From positions 3,104,001 to 3,168,000 of the forward strand of contig OZ271918.1 of assembly GCA_965602015.1 (NCBI GenBank): a stretch of DNA of 64,000 nt, read 5' to 3'. A program made the translations under genes and the position numbers. Positions within the stretch are counted from its first letter, which is position 1. The number at the start of each line of letters is the position of its first letter. The notes beneath the pieces are model-generated. The model searched no databases, was not told where the DNA came from, and saw only the letters and a list, made by a program, of their open reading frames with translations. Below, in pieces: positions 8,141 through 16,697 of this stretch. Origin of the DNA: Salinispira sp. (GTDB lineage Bacteria > Spirochaetota > Spirochaetia > DSM-27196 > Salinispiraceae).

Positions 8141-8896
8141 ATGAAACGCTTCATCTCTATTATATATATACTCTTTTTTTGTGTCTCAGCACTATCCTCA
8201 CAGGAACTGGCAGCCCATTTATACATCCGCGGGCTGGAATCCGCGTCAGCTCCGGTGTACCATCCGGGCAGCGACTCCGTGATTTTCAGCTATCAGGTAA
8301 AGGAGATGAGGTTTCAGCCCCGGCACGTGGGAATCAGTTTCGAGCATGAACGCTTCGCTTCGGTTCATGAAATGCAGTACGTAGACCGCAGGGATGAAGA
8401 AAACCGGCTGGTTTCCCGGGTGTACTTCCACTTCCTTCCTCTGACTCCGGAAATTCAAAATCTGGAGCGACTCGCCTATCGCTTTGTTGTCGACGGTGCC
8501 TGGCTTGAGGATCCGCTCAATCCGGCATTCGTGGAAAAACTGAGCGGACGTCGGATGTCTGTCGCACAATTGCCGCCGGAAAGAGAGACCCTTCCGGTCA
8601 GCCCGGAAATTAGGAGAGAGACTGATCAAGGCAGATCCAAGCTGGTGAAATTTCGGTTTTTCGCCGATCCGGGGCAGCGAGTAAATGTGGCCGGGAGCTT
8701 TAATAACTGGGATCCCTTTATGTATGTAATGCGGGAAGCGACTCCCGGGGAATACGAGCTCACCTTGAGGCTGCTCCCGGGGGATTATCATTACAATTAT
8801 TACTATCGCGGAAGGCGAATTATTGATCCCCTCAATGTGCGTTCGAGCTATGACATAGAGGGTTACGAATATTCGACGTTCTCAGTGGACTCATAG
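8141..8896 (+). CDS. Exported protein with two CBM48/AMPK-beta-like (glycogen-binding-type) domains
   Basis: Signal peptide; YRFVVDGAWLEDPLNP and VNVAGSFNNWDP...LLPGDYHY...DPLN; no catalytic domain visible. Confidence 0.8.
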   Translation: MKRFISIIYILFFCVSALSSQELAAHLYIRGLESASAPVYHPGSDSVIFSYQVKEMRFQPRHVGISFEHERFASVHEMQYVDRRDEENRLVSRVYFHFLPLTPEIQNLERLAYRFVVDGAWLEDPLNPAFVEKLSGRRMSVAQLPPERETLPVSPEIRRETDQGRSKLVKFRFFADPGQRVNVAGSFNNWDPFMYVMREATPGEYELTLRLLPGDYHYNYYYRGRRIIDPLNVRSSYDIEGYEYSTFSVDS

Positions 8897-8902
8897 ATTT
8901 CG

Positions 8903-9556
8903 ATGGCCATAATAGACCGGCTCGACGCCCTATTCTTTGACCTTGACAACACCTTATACCCGGCAAGCAGCCCAATGACCACAGAGATTTCTCGCCGGAT
9001 TACTCTGTACGTCCAGCGGATTCTCCAGGTGGATTATGACGAAGCGTCCACCATGCGCCGACAGGGGTTTTTACAATACGGCACCACTCTCAAATGGCTG
9101 GAGAAGGAACGGGACTTTACCGACATCGAAGACTATCTCGAGGCGGTTCATCCGGAAGACGTTAATAACTATCTTCCGGAAGGTGGAGAACTTGGAACCA
9201 TGCTCGACTCAATCCCGCTGCCAAAGTACGTACTGACGAACTCATCAATTCAGCATGCCCGAAGAGTTCTCGATCATTTTGGTATTCGGCAGAAGTTTCT
9301 CTCTATCTTCGATATCACCTACAATAACATGATGGGCAAGCCCCACGAAAGTTCGTATACCTCTGCCCTCCGGGAAAGCGGGCATCCGGCGGATCGGGTT
9401 CTGTTCATCGACGATGTGCCATCCTATCTGGAAGGATTCGCAGGCCTGGGGGGACAGTGCCTTTTGGTGGATGAGAATCTGCAACATGAAGCCAGCAGTT
9501 TTGACTCAATCACAACTATTTATGAACTGCCCCGATTCCTGAACCGCGCCTCCTGA
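8903..9556 (+). CDS. HAD-family hydrolase, pyrimidine 5'-nucleotidase-like
   Basis: FFDLDNTLYP (motif I), YGTTL, LTNS, GKP, LFIDD. Confidence 0.85.
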   Translation: MAIIDRLDALFFDLDNTLYPASSPMTTEISRRITLYVQRILQVDYDEASTMRRQGFLQYGTTLKWLEKERDFTDIEDYLEAVHPEDVNNYLPEGGELGTMLDSIPLPKYVLTNSSIQHARRVLDHFGIRQKFLSIFDITYNNMMGKPHESSYTSALRESGHPADRVLFIDDVPSYLEGFAGLGGQCLLVDENLQHEASSFDSITTIYELPRFLNRAS

Positions 9557-9587
9557 CATTGTTTGCCGGAGACGGGGGTTGCCGACG

Positions 9588-9641
9588 GCGACTGGCGGCA
9601 GCGGTTTGCGATGTTAGCTGCCGGGTGCGACTGGCGGCAGC
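9588..9641. repeat. 15-bp direct repeat, two copies 39 bp apart, intergenic
   Basis: GCGACTGGCGGCAGC at 9588-9602 and 9627-9641, just upstream of TATAAT (9655-9660). Confidence 0.7.
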
Positions 9642-9706
9642 CCCGAAAATGGGCTATAATTTCGCCGGAAACGAATTTTCACCAATTAAAAACCCGGAGG
9701 CAGACG

Positions 9707-10615
9707 ATGGGAACCGTTAGGGACGTTTACGGCCACATTGCGCTCGAACTTGTAAAAAATAGTGTACACAGCAGCCAGATCGAACCGGATGCGGTCTACC
9801 AGGAAGCCAACAAATCGAACCGCCGCATTCTGAACAAAATTATCAGCGATCTGTTATTGCCGGAAAGCACAATCCTGGGCTTCCACAACCTGCAGAGACT
9901 GCATAATCTCGCAGAGGAGGGCAAATCCTGCCTCATACTCATGGAGCATTACAGCAACTTCGACCTTCCGAACTTGTATTATTTACTTGAAAACCTCTAT
10001 CCCGGCGGAGAAGAAATCGGCGATGACATCATCGCCATGGCCGGTATGAAATTAAATGTCGAAAGCGATTTCGTACGGGCATTTACCGAAGCCTATACCC
10101 GAATAGTCATCTATCCTTCCCGAAGCCTTTCAAACCTGGAAGGTAGCGAAGCCTATGAAGCAGAACGAAGCAAAAGCCGGAAGATAAACATGGCGGCATT
10201 GCACGAAATGGTGCGTCAAAAACATGCGGGTAAGATTATTCTACTGTTCCCCAGCGGGACCAGATATCGACCGGGCGTGGAAGAAACCCGCAGGGGTCTG
10301 GCTGAAGTCGATTCGTATATAAAAGGCTTCGACTATATCCTTCCCATAGGAATCGCCGGCAACACCCTCAGAATCAACACCAGCGGGAGCATGAGCGAGG
10401 ACTACATCCAGAAGGACTGCATGGTTTTCGCCGCCGCCGAAGTGCATGACGCCAAAGAATGGCGAAACGGGATCCGGGAAAAGGCGCCTGAGGGAACCGA
10501 CTCAAAGCAGTTCGTCGCAGATGCAGTGATGAAATGGCTTTCGGATCTTCACAACGAAGCTGAGGACTACCGTCAAAAGCACCTGCCCGAGGGTTATCCC
10601 GACAGCGTACTATGA
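9707..10615 (+). CDS. Glycerol-3-phosphate O-acyltransferase (spirochaete/plastid-like soluble type)
   Basis: HX4D motif EHYSNFD; LLFPSGTRYRP. Start moved to ATG 9707, which has SD GGAGG. Confidence 0.8.
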   Translation: MGTVRDVYGHIALELVKNSVHSSQIEPDAVYQEANKSNRRILNKIISDLLLPESTILGFHNLQRLHNLAEEGKSCLILMEHYSNFDLPNLYYLLENLYPGGEEIGDDIIAMAGMKLNVESDFVRAFTEAYTRIVIYPSRSLSNLEGSEAYEAERSKSRKINMAALHEMVRQKHAGKIILLFPSGTRYRPGVEETRRGLAEVDSYIKGFDYILPIGIAGNTLRINTSGSMSEDYIQKDCMVFAAAEVHDAKEWRNGIREKAPEGTDSKQFVADAVMKWLSDLHNEAEDYRQKHLPEGYPDSVL

Positions 10616-11539
10616 GGCGGGACGGGATTTTCTTCGGTCAAGGGCGTACAGCCTGACCTGTTCGGCAAACCCCATCCGCTCCAGGAGCGAGCTGAGGTAC
10701 ACGCTTCCGCTCCAGTTCTCCAGGGTGATTATGTCTATGCTTTCTTCCGCCGATGCCTCTATGTAGCGTTCGATGAGGGTGGTGGCGATTCCCAGCCCCC
10801 GATATTGGGGCTCAATGTATATTTGCAGCATGTGGCCCACCGAGCGCTCAGAACTGAGTTCATCATGCAGGACCCACAAAAAACCGCAGATCTCCCCCCC
10901 CGGAAGAAAAACCCCCAGGATGTACGATCCGTTTTCCAGGTCATCAGCAGCCGGCAAGTGGTCCCGGCGAAATGAATACCAATACGAGGATTCCCGGGGG
11001 TCGGGGAAGATTTCAGCGAATACTTTTTTATCGAGATAGACAACGGTCTGCAATGTGGCCCGGTCCTCGACCTGGCAAATGGTGAAATCGCTGAGCACCA
11101 GGTCCTCACCTTCGAAAATATCGGCTTTAAGGGCTTCCAGTCCCCGGCTTTCCCTGATGCCGTTAAACCATTGAAGAACCCGGCTCTTCATTTGGCGGTC
11201 TTTAAAGAAGAACCACAATTTTTCCACTTCCCGGTGCTCTTTCAGGCAGTTTTTGAACTGGCGGAAAACTCCCCTGCCGCTTTGCAGAATGCTTTGAAGC
11301 TCGTGTTTCACGATGGGATTTTTCAGATCGGCGACGAAACGCTCCATCAGGTTATATCCGTCAACCGACCGCCATTCCGGTATTTCTTCCAGGTCAGGTT
11401 CTCCGTCAATAGCTTCGGCCTCGTCGCCACCGATGACCTTTCCCCGGTCCAGATCGAGGAAAAACAACTGGTCCTGATTTTCCATCCCGAATATGACCTG
11501 GTCGACAAGTTCTTTGCTTAATTCCATATCGCTGCGCAT
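10610..11539 (-). CDS. UPF0158-family domain fused to a C-terminal GNAT acetyltransferase
   Basis: N-terminus IFGMENQ...FLD...IPEWRSVDGYNLMERF...GRGVFRQFK; C-terminus IYIEPQYRGLGIATTL (acetyl-CoA motif) and ERMGF. Start at 11539 or 11527, just after the ProRS-like stop. Confidence 0.75.
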   Translation of the reverse strand: MRSDMELSKELVDQVIFGMENQDQLFFLDLDRGKVIGGDEAEAIDGEPDLEEIPEWRSVDGYNLMERFVADLKNPIVKHELQSILQSGRGVFRQFKNCLKEHREVEKLWFFFKDRQMKSRVLQWFNGIRESRGLEALKADIFEGEDLVLSDFTICQVEDRATLQTVVYLDKKVFAEIFPDPRESSYWYSFRRDHLPAADDLENGSYILGVFLPGGEICGFLWVLHDELSSERSVGHMLQIYIEPQYRGLGIATTLIERYIEASAEESIDIITLENWSGSVYLSSLLERMGFAEQVRLYALDRRKSRPAS

Positions 11540-11544
11540 AACTG

Positions 11545-13365
11545 TTAGTTCGCCTGCTCCGAGGGAAATCGATGGCCCTCTGCGAATCGCTCCTGCTCCA
11601 TTTCCTCCAGCTCTCGAATCTTCCCTTCCACGTGGTTCAACTGCAGTCGTGCCGGCGGACAAAGCCTACGGTGCCAAACCGCCACCTTTCCATCGTCCAA
11701 GGTCTGGCCTGAGACAATAATGCGCACCGGGACGCCCATCATATCCAATTCGCGAAATTTTTGCCCCAACGGGATTTTTCTGTCGTCATGGAGGATCGAT
11801 GCGCCGAGGCGCAAGTGAAGCTTGTCGCCGATTTCCCTGATGGTAGCGCTGCGGCCCACAACCAACAGCGCCGCCTTGTACGGCGCGATATTTATAGGCC
11901 AGAGAAAGCCGTTCTTCATCCGGTGAGCCTCCACAAGACTGGCCAGCAGCCTACCGAGGCCGATTCCGTACGCTCCCATTGAAGGATAGAATATTTGTCC
12001 CTTTGTATCATGCAGGGAAAAATCGAATTTCCGGCTAAAATACTCGCCGATGCGGTATACGCTGGCAATTTTTATGGTTTTTTCTAGCTCAAGTGCGCCG
12101 CCGCAGTGACGGCAGGTACAGTTTTTATCGACCTCGACAAAATCACCCACGTAGTCCCCGTCGAAATCCCGCCCGAAATTGACATTTATTAAAAACTTCC
12201 CCGGACTGCCTTGTGAGAAAACCAGATTGCTGCTCTCGCTGACCGTAAGATCCACAGCAGTCAAAAACCGGCCGCCCTGGTCCTCCATGGTAACCGGACG
12301 CTTCATGCCGACGGGGGTGAGAAATGCCTGTGCCGTCGGAGGGCCGGGTTTGCGGCGGCCCTTTTTCGGCCGCTGATACCGGGCATACCCAAGATCGTGA
12401 AGCTCCTGCTCTCCAAGCTCGGATATGATGGGCTCGCCGATTACCCGAGCGAGCTTATCGAGGGATATTTTTTTGTCTGAACGGTATACGGCGGCTACAT
12501 ACCCGTCCATTATCCGGTAGATTCCGCAGGTCGCAGTGCGGCTTTTTGGCAGGCCTTTCTGTTGACGAAAGCAGGAGAGACCAAAACAGTCGGGGTTCGT
12601 AATGATTTCCATCGGCAGGGGACGGCCGCTGGGATGGGCCGAGTTGGCGACAGCCACATCCTGGTTCGCGTTATAGCCGCAGGAGGGGCAGCGAACCAGA
12701 ACATCCTCTCCCCGTTCGTGCTTCATGAGGAAATCATACGAACTGGTGCCGCCGGTGAAATTGGCGGCACCTTCAGTTGAAGCGATATTCAGCCCGAGCT
12801 GCCGGAAAATACGGGAAAAAATCGCGAAGATTTTCGGCATAAAGTTATTCAACTCGGTAAAACTGCGGTGAAATGAGTAGCCGTCGCTCATGAGAAATTC
12901 CCGGGCCTTGAGAAGTCCGGATTCGTCGAGAGCCTCGTCGCGGAATTTATTCTGGAACTGAAAAAAGAAACGGGGAAGCTGCTCTACCGAAGATATGCTT
13001 CTGGCGAGCATTTCGATGCACGCCTCTTCGTGCATGGGAGCGAGAACCAGGTTATTGCCGTTATGGTCATTAAACCTCGTCAGTTCCCGGCTTATCATTC
13101 GGCTTCGGTCCGATCGGTCCCACAGGTCGCCGGGATTCACCAGAGGGAGGAGAATTTCTTCTCCACCCAAGGCACGGAACTCCTCGGCAATAATGTGGCC
13201 GATTTTCTTCATGACCATCATGCCGAGGGGCATAAAGGCGAATAGCCCGTCACCGATTTGCCTGATATAGCCTCCCTCCACAAGCATGCGGCTTCCCTCG
13301 AGACGATACTGCGGGGTCGGACCGGCATTCTGGGATGGTATGTGGAGAATTTGGCTCATTTTCAT
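11545..13365 (-). CDS. Prolyl-tRNA synthetase-like protein (bacterial type with INS domain), divergent paralog
   Basis: ProRS layout: GLFAFMPLG, LAPMHEE, KFRDE...REFLMSDGYSFH, CPSCGYNAN, INVNFGRD, MGAYGIGLGR, WPINIAPY, DDR. Several usually invariant residues are changed, so no proS symbol is given. Confidence 0.8.
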   Translation of the reverse strand: MKMSQILHIPSQNAGPTPQYRLEGSRMLVEGGYIRQIGDGLFAFMPLGMMVMKKIGHIIAEEFRALGGEEILLPLVNPGDLWDRSDRSRMISRELTRFNDHNGNNLVLAPMHEEACIEMLARSISSVEQLPRFFFQFQNKFRDEALDESGLLKAREFLMSDGYSFHRSFTELNNFMPKIFAIFSRIFRQLGLNIASTEGAANFTGGTSSYDFLMKHERGEDVLVRCPSCGYNANQDVAVANSAHPSGRPLPMEIITNPDCFGLSCFRQQKGLPKSRTATCGIYRIMDGYVAAVYRSDKKISLDKLARVIGEPIISELGEQELHDLGYARYQRPKKGRRKPGPPTAQAFLTPVGMKRPVTMEDQGGRFLTAVDLTVSESSNLVFSQGSPGKFLINVNFGRDFDGDYVGDFVEVDKNCTCRHCGGALELEKTIKIASVYRIGEYFSRKFDFSLHDTKGQIFYPSMGAYGIGLGRLLASLVEAHRMKNGFLWPINIAPYKAALLVVGRSATIREIGDKLHLRLGASILHDDRKIPLGQKFRELDMMGVPVRIIVSGQTLDDGKVAVWHRRLCPPARLQLNHVEGKIRELEEMEQERFAEGHRFPSEQAN

Positions 13366-13373
13366 GTACTGCC

Positions 13374-13402
13374 ATTGTAATTTGCCTTCGCTCTGCTGTC
13401 CA
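13374..13402 (-). promoter_or_regulatory. sigma70-type promoter of the ProRS-like operon
   Basis: TGGACA (13402-13397), 17-nt spacer, TACAAT (13379-13374). ATG is 8 nt downstream with no SD. Confidence 0.55.
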
Positions 13403-13430
13403 TTGACAGTTCGTCAGTCGGGCAGCAGCC

Positions 13431-13459
13431 TTGACAACCCAACGGCTTTGTCAGATATT
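13431..13459 (+). promoter_or_regulatory. Probable eno promoter
   Basis: TTGACA (13431-13436), 17-nt spacer, GATATT (13454-13459). Confidence 0.5.
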
Positions 13460-13560
13460 TGTCCTATACCAACCCTCAATTTGGCTGCGGAAACATCGTT
13501 CCCGATGTAATCCGCCATCTGCCGCTTTCCGCAACGGAACGGTGGAAACACATACAATAG

Positions 13561-14862
<1,302 letters not shown>

Positions 14863-14896
14863 AAACCCGCCCCAAGGGGCGAAGTGAGTGAAACAG

Positions 14897-14924
14897 ACCC
14901 GGAGCCCATGCTCCGGGTTTTTTT
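14897..14924 (+). terminator. Intrinsic terminator of eno
   Basis: ACCCGGAGC-ccat-GCTCCGGGT followed by T6. Confidence 0.8.
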
Positions 14925-15351
14925 AATATTCAACGGTGTCATCCCAGAAAAATTCAGATTCACGGGGCAGTATGGATTCAAGCAGAAATCCGGTTTCGGC
15001 CTGGAAGGTACTTATGTGATAATCTCCGGGGGCCGATACCGGCAATACCGAAGCGGCCACCAGAAATTCGGCTTCCCGGTATGCCAATCTCCGGGTGCTG
15101 AGGCTGAAACCGACCTGGGATATAAAGTAGACTGCGGCACCCAGAACAAGGACTGCGGCAGCAGCCCGGGCGGCTAGGGCAGGGCCGCGACGAAACGGCT
15201 GCGGCGCCCGTCTGGAATAGCCGGGCCGGGGCTCTGCTCCTGCTGCGGCGATACGCCGATCGAGCTCGGAACGGCCGGAGTTGCGCAGCATGCCGATGAC
15301 CTCATCTGAGCTGTATGTTCCCTGCCTATGACGAAATTGTCTCCTACTCAT
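14923..15351 (-). CDS. Putative membrane anti-sigma factor
   Basis: Basic N-terminus and one TM helix (AAAAVLVLGAAVYFI). ATG 15351 has SD GGAGG and overlaps the ECF sigma stop. Confidence 0.6.
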   Translation of the reverse strand: MSRRQFRHRQGTYSSDEVIGMLRNSGRSELDRRIAAAGAEPRPGYSRRAPQPFRRGPALAARAAAAVLVLGAAVYFISQVGFSLSTRRLAYREAEFLVAASVLPVSAPGDYHISTFQAETGFLLESILPRESEFFWDDTVEY

Positions 15352-15907
15352 GTTTTCCTCCCTCGACTTCACGGCCATAGAGCCTGTTGAACTGGCGGGC
15401 CAATCCTTTCCTTCCCGCAGAAAGGCGTGATTTAACCGTGCCCTCAGGCAGCTCCAGTATGCTGGCCACTTGGGAAACCTGCATGCCCTCCAGCTCTTTG
15501 AGCAGGAGAGGAATTCGAAGCCGCTCCGGAAGTGCCATCAACGCATCGATAACCGCCCTTCTCTTCTCATCGCGTTCCAGGACTTCTTCCGGACCGGAAT
15601 AGGGGCTGGCGGCGATGGTCAGGAAATCATGATTCTCAACAGATTCCCTGCGCCTTCTGGTCCTGCGCATCGCATCAAGAGCGGCATTGCGGCAAACAGT
15701 AAAAAGCCAGGTCTTGAACCCATCGGGGCCATGAAAGCTATTGAAATTCAGATAGGCGCGGAGCAGCCCTTCCTGAAGGCTGTCCTCAGCTTCATGGTAA
15801 TTGCCCCGATGAAGAACAAACAGATAGCGTCGAATCGACGGGAGATGAGGTGCAATAAGCTCCCCTATCTCTTCCCGCCGATTCCGACTCTGTGCGGAAT
15901 CATGCAT
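15344..15907 (-). CDS. ECF (sigma24-type) RNA polymerase sigma factor
   Basis: AEDSLQE, FKTWLFTVCRN (region 2); LPERLR...LELPEGTVKSRLSAGR (region 4). Confidence 0.92.
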   Translation of the reverse strand: MHDSAQSRNRREEIGELIAPHLPSIRRYLFVLHRGNYHEAEDSLQEGLLRAYLNFNSFHGPDGFKTWLFTVCRNAALDAMRRTRRRRESVENHDFLTIAASPYSGPEEVLERDEKRRAVIDALMALPERLRIPLLLKELEGMQVSQVASILELPEGTVKSRLSAGRKGLARQFNRLYGREVEGGKHE

Positions 15908-16419
15908 TAATCCGCGTGCTGGTAAATGAAGCGCAGAGTTGGAAGGAGCTCTGGCCGGGCTGCGCGGATCCGGTCGTCAAGGAGCCTCATGTCCATACCA
16001 CGTTCTCCAAGACCTCTGCCAAACTGCTTCATCTGGGCCCATCGGCGCTGACCGAGGATTTCCTGCAGCTCTATACCTCGACGGATCTCCGCCATCCGCA
16101 GCTGGATTTCGAATTCGATTCCCTGCCGAATGAGATCTTCAATTTCTTCGAGGTCCGGGTTTTGCTCTACCATTTCCCGGGAAATCTGCGCTCTCAGCAC
16201 TTCCAACTCGGCAGTCGGAATGCGTCGAGATTCGACAAACCGGTTTTGTACTTCATTTATTGCTTCGATTTCCTCTTCGCTGAATCTCAGGCGCTCGAGA
16301 TTTTCAATAATTTCCCGGTCCGCCCGGTCTCCACGGTGATTCTGCCCAAAAAGCACGGCGGGCAGCACGAGCAATAGGGAGAGTCCGATGCCGATTCGCA
16401 ATAGAGTATTGTTTTTCAT
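15907..16419 (-). CDS. Periplasmic Spy/CpxP/ZraP-like helical protein
   Basis: Signal peptide; LRFSEEE...I and ILGQRRW resemble the paired LTxxQ motifs; NPDLEEIEDLI. Stop overlaps the sigma ATG (TAATG). Confidence 0.7.
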   Translation of the reverse strand: MKNNTLLRIGIGLSLLLVLPAVLFGQNHRGDRADREIIENLERLRFSEEEIEAINEVQNRFVESRRIPTAELEVLRAQISREMVEQNPDLEEIEDLIRQGIEFEIQLRMAEIRRGIELQEILGQRRWAQMKQFGRGLGERGMDMRLLDDRIRAARPELLPTLRFIYQHAD

Positions 16420-16503
16420 GATTTTCTCCTGGCCGGCGGATTTATGACAGCCGCTGTTAATAGTTAAAGCCGTTCGGATGTGACGCGAGGGGCTTTGTAT
16501 ATA

Positions 16504-16531
16504 TAGACGCCTGCCAGGGCTTCGAGGTTCA
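16504..16531 (-). promoter_or_regulatory. ECF sigma-dependent promoter, probably autoregulatory
   Basis: TGAACC (16531-16526), 16-nt spacer, CGTCTA (16509-16504), directly upstream of the spy-sigma-antisigma operon. Confidence 0.7.
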
Positions 16532-16554
16532 TTTTATTTGGTAGATTATGCAAG

Positions 16555-16687
16555 TGCCCCGAAAACAGCTGATTTAAACCACCTAATCAGTTGGTGGACA
16601 ATGGGTTGCCTGAGTACCATTGCCAAAACCCGGCTTGTCCCTCGCACACAATGATTTATAGCAGAAAAATCAGCTGTTTTCGGGGCA
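16555..16687. mobile_element. MITE-like non-autonomous element, 133 bp, with 21-bp perfect terminal inverted repeats
   Basis: TGCCCCGAAAACAGCTGATTT (16555-16575) and AAATCAGCTGTTTTCGGGGCA (16667-16687). No ORF inside. The same repeat recurs at 51302-51323. Confidence 0.6.
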
Positions 16688-16697
16688 GTTCCAAGAA

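Noticed and set aside
9563..9706. 48-aa N-terminal extension of the acyltransferase
   Set aside because: It covers the intergenic repeat and promoter; the SD supports ATG 9707.
10610..10615. Overlapping stops of convergent genes (also 21021-21024)
   Set aside because: Short 3' overlaps are common in compact genomes and there is no further signal.
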